This document shows, piece by piece, positions 24,886 to 34,347 of a stretch of 46,726 bases of DNA. This stretch comes from Actinomycetes bacterium (GTDB lineage Bacteria; Actinomycetota; Thermoleophilia; UBA2241): the NCBI GenBank assembly GCA_037131205.1, contig JBAXRL010000001.1, positions 1 through 46,726 of the forward strand. Reading direction: 5' to 3'. Made by a program: the position numbers and the translations under genes. Each line of letters starts with the position of its first letter. Position 1 is the stretch's first letter. The notes beneath the pieces were generated by a model. It was not told where the DNA came from. It searched no databases and was given only the letters and a program-made list of their open reading frames with translations.

Positions 24886-25710
24886 ATGACCGTGCTCATG
24901 CTCAACGGCGAGCTGCTCGCCCCCGAGAAGGCCACCCTGCCCGCCACCGACCGCGCCCTGACCCACGGGCTCGGCCTCTACGAGACGCTCAAGCTTGTGG
25001 ACGGCGTCCCCGTGTTCTTCGAGGAGCACGTTGCGCGCCTCGACCTCGGCCTCGACGAGCTCGGCCTCGAGCGCCCCTGCTCCCGCGCCGAGATGGCCGC
25101 GCAGATCCGCCGGCTGTCCGCGGCCGGCGACGTGCCGGACGGCGCCTGCCGCGTGCTGGTCACGGCCGGGCCGCCGCAAGGCACGCCCGGCCTGCTCATC
25201 CAGACCGACCGGCGGCGCTTCCCGGCGCGGCCGCTGCGCGTGATCAGCTACCTCGGCGTGCGCGTGCGCGCGCAGCTCAAGGCGATGACCGTGATGCAGT
25301 CGTACCTCGCCCAGCGCGCGGCCACGGCCGCGGGCGCCGACGACGCCATCCTCGTCGATGAAGAGGGTCGCATGTTCGAGGGCGCCACCTCCAACATGTT
25401 CCTCGTCCGCGGCGGCGGCCTCGTGACGCCGCCGGCCGAGGGCGCCATCCTGCCGGGCGTGCTGCGCGCCAAGGTCGAAGAGCTGGCGAGCGCGCACGGC
25501 ATCCCGGTGGTCGAGGCGTTCGCGCGGGTCGCCGACCTGCGCCCCGACGACGGCATGCTGCTCACCAGCAGCGTGCGCGGCATCGTGCCGGTGGGCAGCG
25601 TCGATGGTCACGACCTGCGCGTCGACGAGGCGCTCCTCGGGCGTCTGCGCGCGCTTGTCGGCGCCGCCGAAGAGGCGAGCACGGCCGCCTTCCGCGCCGC
25701 GTACCTCTGA
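24886..25710 (+). CDS. pabC: aminodeoxychorismate lyase / class IV aminotransferase-fold protein
   Basis: 274 aa with YETLKLVDG.PVFFEEHVARL, LKAMTV (Lys), EGATSNMFLV and LPGVLR. It lies adjacent to pabB. Confidence 0.65.
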   Translation: MTVLMLNGELLAPEKATLPATDRALTHGLGLYETLKLVDGVPVFFEEHVARLDLGLDELGLERPCSRAEMAAQIRRLSAAGDVPDGACRVLVTAGPPQGTPGLLIQTDRRRFPARPLRVISYLGVRVRAQLKAMTVMQSYLAQRAATAAGADDAILVDEEGRMFEGATSNMFLVRGGGLVTPPAEGAILPGVLRAKVEELASAHGIPVVEAFARVADLRPDDGMLLTSSVRGIVPVGSVDGHDLRVDEALLGRLRALVGAAEEASTAAFRAAYL

Positions 25711-25755
25711 GCCGCCGGGCTCCATCGACCCGACCCGCACAGGAAGGCAGGGGGC

Positions 25756-26772
25756 GTGCGCAAGCGCAGCGGCAGATCCACCCTTGAGAGCGTGGTCACC
25801 GTCAACGCTGTGGTCATTCTGTTCGGCGCGGTCCTGGACACACTCCTCGTGAGGCGTTTCCCGCAGGTCAACGCCGGCATCATCGTGGGCGTCTACTTCC
25901 TGATCATGGTGAGCGTCATGGCGGCCGCCAACTTTCTGGTCTTGCGCAGCGCCTTTCGCCCCCTGCTCGAGCTCAGCCACACGATGGCGGGCATCAGCCG
26001 CCCCGCCCTGGACCAGCCGATCCCGGCCGAGCAGATGCCCGATCCCGACTTCCGCACCGTGGTGGAGTCGTTCTCGGCGATGCTCGATCGCATGGCCCTG
26101 GAGTCGCGCGCCTACTCGGCCAAGGTCTTCGAGAGCATCGAGGACGAGCGCCGGCGCATCGGCCGCGAGCTGCACGACGACACCAGCCAGTCGCTGGCCG
26201 CGGCGCTGCTCAACCTCGACATCGCCGAGAAGACGATGGCTCCCGACTCGGCGTCGTTCGAGCAGGTCGCCGCGGCCCGCGACATCCTGCACCATTGCCT
26301 CGGGCAGCTGCGCCTGCTGGTCTACGACCTGCGGCCGTCGATGCTCGACGACTTCGGCCTCGCCCCGGCGGTGCACTGGTACGTCGACACGCACCTGCAG
26401 GCAGCGGGCCTGCGCGTCGTCACCGACATCGACAGCGTCGAAGGGCGTCTCCCGCCGGCGCTCGAGACCGCCGTGTACCGCATCGCGCAGGAGTCGCTGT
26501 CCAACGTCGTGCGCCACGCCCACGCCACGCGCGCGATACTCCACATCAACACGACGCCCGAGCACGTGTCGCTGTCGGTCAGCGACAACGGCATCGGCTT
26601 CGACCCCGCTGCCCTGGCCCGCGCGAGCGATGGGCGCTCCGGCGTGGGCCTGCTGTCGATCCGCGAGCGCGTCGAGGCGCTCGACGGCAGCGTGACGGTA
26701 TACTCGGTGCTCGACCGGGGCACGCAGGTCCAGGTGCTCATCCCCCTACCCGCGGAGGCCAGGAGTGCCTGA
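25756..26772 (+). CDS. sensor histidine kinase (HisKA_3 / NarX-DesK type)
   Basis: 338 aa with two N-terminal TM segments, an H-box ERRRIGRELHDDTSQSL, and an HATPase region (VSDNGIGF..GVGLLSIRERV). Confidence 0.85.
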   Translation: MRKRSGRSTLESVVTVNAVVILFGAVLDTLLVRRFPQVNAGIIVGVYFLIMVSVMAAANFLVLRSAFRPLLELSHTMAGISRPALDQPIPAEQMPDPDFRTVVESFSAMLDRMALESRAYSAKVFESIEDERRRIGRELHDDTSQSLAAALLNLDIAEKTMAPDSASFEQVAAARDILHHCLGQLRLLVYDLRPSMLDDFGLAPAVHWYVDTHLQAAGLRVVTDIDSVEGRLPPALETAVYRIAQESLSNVVRHAHATRAILHINTTPEHVSLSVSDNGIGFDPAALARASDGRSGVGLLSIRERVEALDGSVTVYSVLDRGTQVQVLIPLPAEARSA

Positions 26773-27442
26773 CGTCGGCGCCGGCGCGCGGCCCGTCCGC
26801 GTCCTCCTTGTCGACGATCACCGCATCCTGCGGGAGGGCGTGCGCGCGCTGCTCGCCGGCGAGCCGGGGATCACGGTGGTCGGTGAGGCCGAGGACGGTG
26901 AGAGCGCCGTTCTTCAGGTGGACAGCCTCAAGCCCGACGTGGTCCTCATGGACATGGTGATGCCGCGCCTCGGCGGGATCGAGGCGACGGCGCGCATCAA
27001 GGAGCGCCATCCGGAGGTCGTGGTGCTCATCATGAGCATGCACAACAACGACGAGTACGTGCAGCAGGTGATCAAGGCGGGAGCGTCGGGCTATGTGCTC
27101 AAAGGGGTCGCCGGCGGCGATCTCGTGCAGGCGATCATGGCGGTGCACGGAGGAGCTTCGTTCGTCGACCCGGCGATCGCCGCGAAGCTGGTCGAGGACT
27201 ACGTGCGTCGGGTGCGCGGCGATCTCCCCAGCGACCCCAAAGAGCTCCTGACGCCGCGAGAGCAGGAGATCCTCGTGCTCGTGGCGGAAGGCCACAGCAA
27301 CCACGAGATCGCCGCGCGGCTGTTTCTCAGCAAGAAGACCGTGGAGACTCATCGCGCGAACATCATGCGCAAGCTCGACCTGCACGACGTCACCGGGCTC
27401 GTCAAGTACGCGCTGCGGCGCGGCATCATCCATCTGGACTGA
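26765..27442 (+). CDS. NarL/LuxR-family response regulator
   Basis: 225 aa with a receiver domain (VLLVDDH...DVVLMDMVMP) and a LuxR HTH (LTPREQEILVLVAEGHSNHEIAARLFLSKKTVETHR). It overlaps the kinase gene by 8 nt. Confidence 0.9.
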   Translation: MPDVGAGARPVRVLLVDDHRILREGVRALLAGEPGITVVGEAEDGESAVLQVDSLKPDVVLMDMVMPRLGGIEATARIKERHPEVVVLIMSMHNNDEYVQQVIKAGASGYVLKGVAGGDLVQAIMAVHGGASFVDPAIAAKLVEDYVRRVRGDLPSDPKELLTPREQEILVLVAEGHSNHEIAARLFLSKKTVETHRANIMRKLDLHDVTGLVKYALRRGIIHLD

Positions 27443-27864
27443 GGCCGCCAAACCGCCGGCGGCGTTCCTGCGGCTCAGGGTCTTCCTGTAGTCCGCCTAC
27501 CGCCTTACCCGCGCCGGCGCTACCGGCGCTCCCTTGCGAAGAAGCCGTCAGATCCACGACTCACCCTGACCCGCACTTCTGCCACACTCCGATGCGGACG
27601 GAGGACGGCCGGCCTATTGTCCTTCGTGCAAGAGCCAGCCGGGAGCCGTGACGGTCGTCCTTGACAAGAGGCCGAAGCAGGCCGAGCAAGCTCCCGGATG
27701 TCGGCTCTCTTCATGCCGCGGTCCACACGACCTCTGGCCGGCCCTCCATGTGCCTGGTCCCCGGCTGCCGTCTCGAGCACGTATCCCCCGTGCGCGCCTT
27801 CCATCACGGGGTCGTGGCCAGAGCAGCGGCGCATGGGGCGCCACAACGACCGACAGGGGGAGTC

Positions 27865-29103
27865 ATGAAACATCGCTCGTCAATCTGGGTAGTGGCGCTC
27901 ATCGCCATGCTCGCCATCTCCGTAGCCGCCGGGGTGACCGCCTGCGGCAGCAGCGGCGACAGCGGCGGCGGCGGCGGAGCCTCCGAGGTCAAGATCGGCA
28001 CGCTGTACCCGGTCAGCGGCGACCTCGCCAAGCTCGGCGACCAGTGCCTGAGCGGCGTCAAGCTCGCCGTCGAAGAGATCAACGCCGCCGGCGGCATCAA
28101 GTCCATGGGCGGCGCCAAGATCACGCTCGTCGAGGCAGACAGCCAGGGCAAGCCGGACGTCGCCATCAGCGAGGTCGAGCGCCTTGTTCAGCAGGACAAT
28201 GTGGCGGCCATCCTCGGCACCTATCAGTCGAGCGTGGCCCTGCCGGCGACTCAGGCCGCCGAGCGCCAGCAGACGCCGATGCTGATCACCACGGCGGTCG
28301 CCGACGCCATCACCGACAAGGGCTACAAGTACATCTTCCGCATCTGCCCGAAGGCCTCGTGGTACGCCAAGGACCAGATCACCTTCGCGCAGGCGATGCC
28401 TGACATGGGTGGCCCCACGATCAAGACGGTGGCTCTGCTTCACGAGGACACCGACTTCGGTCAGTCCACCTCCGCGGGCCAGCTCAAGTACGCCGCGGAG
28501 GCCGGCATCGAGGTCGTCGCCAACGTCGCCTACCCGGCTTCATCCGCCGACCTCACCACGCAGGTCAGCAAGATCAAGGCCGCCAACCCGGACCTCGTGC
28601 TCACCACCACGTACCTGAACGACTCCATCCTCATCGCCCAGGCCCGCGAGACGCTCGGCATGAAGCAGATCTTCTTCGACGCCGCCGGTGGTACCGTGGA
28701 TCCGCAGTTCATCAAGACCCTGGGAACCGCCGCCGAAGGATGGCTCACCGAGATCGAGTTCTCGGTCGACGCTTCGCCCCTCAGCGAGGAGCTCAACGCG
28801 GCCTACAAGGCCAAGTACGGCGACGACATGACCGGCAACGGCATGGACGGCTACCAGGGCGTCTACGTGCTCGCCAAGGCCCTCGAGGATGCCGGCTCGG
28901 CCGACAGGGCCAAGCTGCGCGACGCCATCGCCAACGTGAAGATGGTCGCCGGCACCGACAGGGTGGTCATCCCCACCGACGAGATCACCTTCACGCCCGA
29001 CGGCGAGATCACCAGCGCTCCGCTCTACGTGGTCCAGATTCAGAAGGGCGTGTTCCAGACGCTCTTCCCGCTGCCCGCGCCAGGCAAGCTGATCGTGCCC
29101 TGA
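27865..29103 (+). CDS. ABC transporter substrate-binding lipoprotein (Leu/Ile/Val-binding protein family)
   Basis: Trimmed to the ATG at 27865 (SD GGGGGAG). Lipobox GVTACGS. The periplasmic binding protein type I pattern is present (KIGTLYPVSGDLA..G....GVKLAVEEINAAGGI). Confidence 0.85.
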   Translation: MKHRSSIWVVALIAMLAISVAAGVTACGSSGDSGGGGGASEVKIGTLYPVSGDLAKLGDQCLSGVKLAVEEINAAGGIKSMGGAKITLVEADSQGKPDVAISEVERLVQQDNVAAILGTYQSSVALPATQAAERQQTPMLITTAVADAITDKGYKYIFRICPKASWYAKDQITFAQAMPDMGGPTIKTVALLHEDTDFGQSTSAGQLKYAAEAGIEVVANVAYPASSADLTTQVSKIKAANPDLVLTTTYLNDSILIAQARETLGMKQIFFDAAGGTVDPQFIKTLGTAAEGWLTEIEFSVDASPLSEELNAAYKAKYGDDMTGNGMDGYQGVYVLAKALEDAGSADRAKLRDAIANVKMVAGTDRVVIPTDEITFTPDGEITSAPLYVVQIQKGVFQTLFPLPAPGKLIVP

Positions 29104-29249
29104 CGATCGCCGATCGGGGGCGGCGGAGTCAGCACCCCTCCGCCCCGCACAGCGACCGCGACCCCGGCGACCGTCTCGCAGGCCGGGGTCGCGGTCCCCT
29201 CCGACTCCGCGCTCGCAACGACAGTCTCGCTCGAAATGGGAGCTGCTAG

Positions 29250-30134
29250 ATGGACTTGAACTTTTCCGGCGCCGTGATCAGCCAGGCGATCGCCAGCGGC
29301 ATCATGCTCGGCGGTCTGTTCGCCCTGATCTCGATCGGACTGACGCTCATCTGGGGCGTCATGAAGATCATCAACTTCGCGCAAGGCGAGTTCCTGATGG
29401 TGGGGCTCTACCTTGCCTACTTCTTAGTCGCCTGGGGCCACATCGACCCCTACATCACCATCCTCGTCACTGTGCCCTTCATGTTCTTCTTCGGGATCGG
29501 GATCTTCCGCGTCACCATCAGCCCGATCCTCAAAGACCCCGTCATGAACCAGATCATGCTCACGCTGGGGGTCTCGCTGATCCTGCAGAACCTCGCGCTC
29601 GTGATCTTCAGCGCCGACGTGATGTCGGTGCGCACGCGCTACTCGACCTGGAACTTCGATATCGGGCCGGTCGTGATCAGCGTCCCGCAGCTGATCGCCC
29701 TCTTCGGCTCGGTGATCTGCACCGTCGCGGTGTGGTACTACCTCAAGACCACCGACTCGGGCCGCGCCATCCGCGCCTCGGCGCAGAATCCCACGGCCGC
29801 GACGCTCATGGGCATCGACGTGCCGCGCACGTACCTGCTGGCCTTCGGGCTCGGCTCCGCCACCCTCGGCCTCGCCGGCTCGCTGATGATCCCCTTCTAC
29901 TACACGTCGCCGACCGTCGGCCTCTTCCTGGGCCTGATCATGTTCATCGTGGTCGTGCTCGGCGGTATGGGCAACCTCATGGGCTGCTTCGTCGGCGGGC
30001 TCGTCATCGGGCTCGCCGAGACGGTCGGCGCCGCGGTGTTCCCCGGTTCGCTGGCGCGCGTGTTCACGTTCGCGATCTTCATCATCTTCCTGCTCTTCCG
30101 CCCGCAGGGGATCCTCTCGCGGAGGCAGACATGA
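29250..30134 (+). CDS. livH: branched-chain amino acid ABC transporter permease
   Basis: 294 aa, a polytopic LivH-type permease (INFAQGEFLMVG...). Confidence 0.85.
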   Translation: MDLNFSGAVISQAIASGIMLGGLFALISIGLTLIWGVMKIINFAQGEFLMVGLYLAYFLVAWGHIDPYITILVTVPFMFFFGIGIFRVTISPILKDPVMNQIMLTLGVSLILQNLALVIFSADVMSVRTRYSTWNFDIGPVVISVPQLIALFGSVICTVAVWYYLKTTDSGRAIRASAQNPTAATLMGIDVPRTYLLAFGLGSATLGLAGSLMIPFYYTSPTVGLFLGLIMFIVVVLGGMGNLMGCFVGGLVIGLAETVGAAVFPGSLARVFTFAIFIIFLLFRPQGILSRRQT

Positions 30135-31138
30135 ACGCCAGGATGCCGTACATCGGCATCCTCGTGGTCGGCGCCCTCATGTGCCTGCTGCCGCTCGTCC
30201 TCAGCACCTACTACCTGCACATCGCCATCCTGGTGCTGATCTGGGCGTTCCTCGCCTGCGCCTGGAACATCCTCGGCGGCTACGCCGGGCAGCACTCGCT
30301 GGGCAACGGCCTGTACATGGGGATCGGCGCCTACACCGTGGCCTACCTCACCAATCGCTTCGACCTCACGCCCTGGCTGGGGCTGCTCGTGGCGATCGTC
30401 CTCTCGGCGGCGGCGGCGGCGTTCATCGGCTGGATCGTGTTCCGCTACGCCCTGAAGGGCGCCTACTTCGCCCTCGTGACGATCGCCCTCGCCGAGGCCG
30501 CCGTCTACGTCGTCAGCAACATCCCCGCGCTCGGCGGCGCCGGGGGCATACAGCTGGAGTATCGTGGCAACAGTCTCGCCTACATGCAGTTCGCCGGCAA
30601 GAACGGCTACTTCTTCATGGGCGTGATCATGCTCGTCTTCATCCTGCTGCTCACGCAGTGGTACAGGGGCAAGCGCTTCTTCTACCAGCTCATCGCCGTC
30701 CGCGAGAACGAAGACGCCGCCGAGGCGCTCGGCGTCGACACCGTCAAGGCCAAGATCAAGGCCAACGTGATGAGCGGTGTGCTGTGCGCCGTGGGCGGCG
30801 TGTTTTACGTCCAGTACTTCCTGTACGTCGGGCCGCGCAGCGTGTTCGGCGAGATCGTCTCCGTGCAGATCCTCATCTACGCCATCGTCGGCGGCCTGGG
30901 CACCACATGGGGCCCGGTGGTGGGAGCCGTGCTGCTCGTGCCTCTCTCCGAGATCGCCCGCGCCCAGCTCGGCAACTCCTTCCAGGGAGCGCATCTGCTG
31001 CTCTACGGCGCCGTGATGGTGTTGACCATGCTGTTCATGCCCTTCGGCATCGTCGGCGCGTTCCAAAGGTTGCGTCAGCGCTGGCAGCACCGCAGCGCTA
31101 CGCCGCTGGTCGACAGCCAGGGTGGTGAGGCCTCGTGA
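30131..31138 (+). CDS. livM: branched-chain amino acid ABC transporter permease
   Basis: The ATG at 30131 overlaps the livH stop (ATGA). The 335-aa protein carries NILGGYAGQHSLGNG. Confidence 0.85.
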   Translation: MNARMPYIGILVVGALMCLLPLVLSTYYLHIAILVLIWAFLACAWNILGGYAGQHSLGNGLYMGIGAYTVAYLTNRFDLTPWLGLLVAIVLSAAAAAFIGWIVFRYALKGAYFALVTIALAEAAVYVVSNIPALGGAGGIQLEYRGNSLAYMQFAGKNGYFFMGVIMLVFILLLTQWYRGKRFFYQLIAVRENEDAAEALGVDTVKAKIKANVMSGVLCAVGGVFYVQYFLYVGPRSVFGEIVSVQILIYAIVGGLGTTWGPVVGAVLLVPLSEIARAQLGNSFQGAHLLLYGAVMVLTMLFMPFGIVGAFQRLRQRWQHRSATPLVDSQGGEAS

Positions 31139-31863
31139 CCGCCATGCTCGAAGTCCGCGGGCTCACGCGCCGCTTCGGCGGCCTCGTGGCCGTCAACGAC
31201 CTGAGCTTCGAGCTGAACGAGGGTGAGATCGTCGGGCTGATCGGACCGAACGGTTCGGGCAAGACCACCACGTTCAGCATGCTGTCGGGGGCACTGCGGC
31301 CGTCGGCCGGCTCTATCACCTTCAACGGCGAGCGCATCGACGGCCTCAAGGCCAACCGCGTGTGCCACAAGGGGCTCGCCCGCACCTTTCAGGTGGTGCA
31401 GCCCTTCCCCGACATCACCGCCTGCGAGAACGTCATGATCGGGGCGTTCGCGAACACGGGCTCGGGCCGCGCGGCCGAGAAGGTGGCGCGCGAGAAGCTC
31501 GCGCAGGTGGGTCTGAGCCCCAAGGCCGACACGCTGGCCAAGGAGCTCACTCTCCTGCAGCTCAAGCGCCTGGAGATCGCCAAGGCGCTGGCCACCGACC
31601 CCAAGCTGCTCCTGCTCGACGAGGTCGCGGCCGGTCTCACCCCGACCGAGGTCGACGTGGTGCTCGACCTCGTCAACCAGCTTCACGCGGAGGGCATCAC
31701 GTTCATCATCGTCGAGCACGTCATGCGCTTCGTCATGAACCTCTCGCACCGTTGCATCGTGATCGACTTCGGCTCTCTGATCGCCGAAGGCACACCCGAG
31801 GAGGTCCTCAACAACCCGGCCGTCCACGCGGCCTATCTCGGTGAGGAGGCCTCCATTGCTTAG
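31135..31863 (+). CDS. livG: ABC transporter ATP-binding protein (LivG type)
   Basis: 242 aa with Walker A GPNGSGKTT and Walker B LLLLDEVAAGL. Confidence 0.9.
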   Translation: MTAMLEVRGLTRRFGGLVAVNDLSFELNEGEIVGLIGPNGSGKTTTFSMLSGALRPSAGSITFNGERIDGLKANRVCHKGLARTFQVVQPFPDITACENVMIGAFANTGSGRAAEKVAREKLAQVGLSPKADTLAKELTLLQLKRLEIAKALATDPKLLLLDEVAAGLTPTEVDVVLDLVNQLHAEGITFIIVEHVMRFVMNLSHRCIVIDFGSLIAEGTPEEVLNNPAVHAAYLGEEASIA

Positions 31864-32587
31864 CGCCCAGAACCTCGTGGTCAAGTACGGGATGTTCAGC
31901 GCCCTCAACGACGTGTCCATCAAGGTCGAAAAGGGACAGATCGTGGGCATCGTCGGCGCCAACGGCGCCGGCAAGTCGACCCTCCTGAACGCCATCTCCG
32001 GCATCAACAAGGCCACGTCCGGCAGCCTCATGTTCGAAGACATGGACCTCACCAGGATGAGCGCCCATGCCATCGTGCGCGCCGGCGTGGTGCAGGTGCC
32101 CGAGGGTCGCCGCCTGTTCCCCGAGATGACGGTCTACGAAAACCTGCTGGTGGGCTCGGCGCACAAGCGCGCGCGGGCAGACCGCAGTGAGAACTTCGAC
32201 AAGGCATTCTCGCTCTTCCCGCGCCTCAAGGAGCGCGAGAGCCAGATCGCCCGCACGCTCTCGGGCGGCGAGCAGCAGATGGTCGCCGTGGCCCGGGCGC
32301 TGATGTCGAGCCCGCGCATCCTCATGATGGACGAGCCGTCCCTCGGCCTCGCCCCGATCGTCATCCAGGAGATCTTCAAGGTCGTGACCAAGCTGCGCGA
32401 GCTCGGCCTGACCATCCTGCTGGTCGAGCAGAACGTACACCACTGCCTGCTGATCTCCGACTACGCCTACGTTCTCGAGACCGGACAGCTCGTGCTCGAG
32501 GGCACGGGTCAGGACGTGCTCGACAACCCCATGACCAAGGCCGCCTATCTGGGGATGGCGGTGAAGGAGGAGGCCGCGGTCGATTGA
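31856..32587 (+). CDS. livF: ABC transporter ATP-binding protein (LivF type)
   Basis: TTG at 31856 follows SD GAGGAGG by 7 nt (the track start is GTG 31841). Carries Walker A GANGAGKST, signature LSGGEQQM and Walker B ILMMDEPS. Confidence 0.85.
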   Translation: MLSAQNLVVKYGMFSALNDVSIKVEKGQIVGIVGANGAGKSTLLNAISGINKATSGSLMFEDMDLTRMSAHAIVRAGVVQVPEGRRLFPEMTVYENLLVGSAHKRARADRSENFDKAFSLFPRLKERESQIARTLSGGEQQMVAVARALMSSPRILMMDEPSLGLAPIVIQEIFKVVTKLRELGLTILLVEQNVHHCLLISDYAYVLETGQLVLEGTGQDVLDNPMTKAAYLGMAVKEEAAVD

Positions 32588-32608
32588 CCCCCTGACCGCT
32601 GCCCCCCG

Positions 32609-32645
32609 ACGGGGCCGTCCCGCGTTCTCTGCGGGGCGGCCCCGT
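32609..32645 (+). terminator. hairpin terminator after livF
   Basis: acggggccgtcccgc-gttctct-gcggggcggccccgt forms a 15-bp stem with one mismatch, followed by tt. Confidence 0.55.
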
Positions 32646-32764
32646 TTCCCGCTTTGGGTGGCGGCGCCGGGCAGCCGCAGGTGCTTCGGTCAGCTTTCCC
32701 GTCGACAGACCTGTGGACCCGTGCTACACTGGTCCCGTGGAGCAGAGCGAGCGGGAGGCGACCA

Positions 32765-33004
32765 GTGGCCAATCTCACCATAGCCATCGAGGACGACGTA
32801 CTGAAGAAGGCGCGCCTGCACGCCCTTGAGCAGGGCACATCGGTGAACGCAGTCGTGCGTGAGTTCCTGCGCGAGTACACGGGCAAGGCGTCGCGGCAAG
32901 CCGAGGCCGGCCGGCGGCTCATCGAGCTGGCGCACCACAACGCGACCGTCGTCGGACCCATCGCGTGGACTCGAGAGGAACTGTACGACAGGCCCAGGCG
33001 ATGA
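32765..33004 (+). CDS. vapB: ribbon-helix-helix type antitoxin (VapB-like)
   Basis: GTG at 32765 follows SD GGGAGG. The 79-aa protein begins ANLTIAIEDDVLKKARLHALEQGTSVNAVVREFL. It has an ATGA overlap with the PIN gene. Confidence 0.7.
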   Translation: MANLTIAIEDDVLKKARLHALEQGTSVNAVVREFLREYTGKASRQAEAGRRLIELAHHNATVVGPIAWTREELYDRPRR

Positions 33005-33432
33005 CGCGTCCGGACGCCGTGTTCTTCGATACCAACGTCCTGCTCTACCTCTTCAGTCGCGATGACCCCGACAAACAGCGCGTCGCCGAATCTCTCTTCG
33101 CCGAGGCGACTCGCGCGGGGTCGGCCACGGTGAGCACCCAGGTGCTGCAGGAGTTCTACGCCGTCGCTACCCGAAAGCTCGCGGAACCCCTCGTCCACGC
33201 AACGGCCCGTCTGGCCGCCCAAGGGTTCTCGGAGCAGAACGTGGTGCGGCTCGAATCGTCCATGCTCCTCAAAGCGATGGATCGATCCGTCGCCGACACG
33301 CTGTCGTTCTGGGACGCCGTAATCGTCGAGGCAGCGCTCGCGGGAGGCTGCCGGACTCTGTACAGCGAGGACTTTCAGCACGGGCGCGCCTTCGGACCAT
33401 TGCGCGTCGTCGACCCGTTCCGCAGAGACTGA
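33001..33432 (+). CDS. vapC: PIN-domain toxin (VapC-like)
   Basis: 143 aa with VFFDTNVLLY (first acidic residue), ...LQEF..., FWDAVIVEAAL and LYSEDFQ. Confidence 0.8.
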   Translation: MTRPDAVFFDTNVLLYLFSRDDPDKQRVAESLFAEATRAGSATVSTQVLQEFYAVATRKLAEPLVHATARLAAQGFSEQNVVRLESSMLLKAMDRSVADTLSFWDAVIVEAALAGGCRTLYSEDFQHGRAFGPLRVVDPFRRD

Positions 33433-33469
33433 CCCGTCGGCAGGGCGGCGGCAGGCCGTCGGGCGGCGC

Positions 33470-34342
33470 TCACCCCTGCGTCAGGCGACGCCAAGCCTCC
33501 AGGTACTTCTCGGCGGTCTTCGCCGCCACCTCGGGCGGCAGCTCGGGGCCCGGCGCGGTCTTGTCCCAGGCCAGCGTCTCGAGGTAGTCGCGCACGAACT
33601 GCTTGTCGTAGCTCGGCTGGCTCTGGCCGGCCACGTAGCCGTCTGCCGGCCAGAAGCGCGACGAATCGGGGGTCATCACCTCGTCGATGAGGATCAGCTC
33701 ACCGTCGAGGATGCCGAGCTCGAACTTGGTGTCGGCGATGATGATGCCGCGTTCCAGGGCGTAGGCGGCGCCGAACGCGTACAGCTCCAGCGAGACGTCG
33801 CGGACCTTCTCTGCCAGCTCCTTTCCAACCAGGTCGACCGTGCGCTCGAACGAGATGTTCTCGTCGTGGTCGCCGAGCGCCGCCTTGGTCGACGGCGTGA
33901 AGAGCGGCTCCGGCAGCCGACTCGCCTCGACGAGGCCCTGCGGCAGCGCGATGCCGCACACGCCGCCGGTCCTTTCGTAGTCCTTGCGCCCCGAGCCCGT
34001 GAGATAGCCGCGCACGATGGCCTCGACCGGCAGGGCCTCGGCCCTGTGGACGACGATGGAGCGGCCTGCGAGGTGCTTGTGCTCCGCGTCGGTGCTGAAC
34101 GGCTCGGGATCGACGATGTGGTTGGGGACGATGGCGCTGGTCTTGTCGAACCAGAAGTTGGCGATCTGCGTGAGCACGACGCCCTTGTCGGGAATCGGCG
34201 TGGGCAAGATGACGTCAAAGGCCGACAGCCGGTCGGTGGTGACGATGAGCATCTCGTTGGGGGCGTACTCGTAGACGTCACGCACCTTGCCGCGGCTGAT
34301 GAGCCGCCAGGCGGTCTCGTGGGATTCGTACAGCGTCGCCAC
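33470..34342 (-). CDS. purC: phosphoribosylaminoimidazole-succinocarboxamide synthase
   Basis: GKVRDVY...[22 protein letters not shown] and ADTKFELG are present. GTG at 34342 (SD AAGGAG 10 nt upstream) lies 5 nt after the upstream gene's stop. The track start is 34378. Confidence 0.9.
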   Translation of the reverse strand: MATLYESHETAWRLISRGKVRDVYEYAPNEMLIVTTDRLSAFDVILPTPIPDKGVVLTQIANFWFDKTSAIVPNHIVDPEPFSTDAEHKHLAGRSIVVHRAEALPVEAIVRGYLTGSGRKDYERTGGVCGIALPQGLVEASRLPEPLFTPSTKAALGDHDENISFERTVDLVGKELAEKVRDVSLELYAFGAAYALERGIIIADTKFELGILDGELILIDEVMTPDSSRFWPADGYVAGQSQPSYDKQFVRDYLETLAWDKTAPGPELPPEVAAKTAEKYLEAWRRLTQG

Positions 34343-34347
34343 TGGCG

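Noticed and set aside
27443-27864. 420-nt gap upstream of the liv-type binding protein gene, examined for a riboswitch, T-box or small gene
   Set aside because: I found no recognisable conserved RNA motif, no convincing ORF with an SD, and no strong repeat. It is left unannotated.
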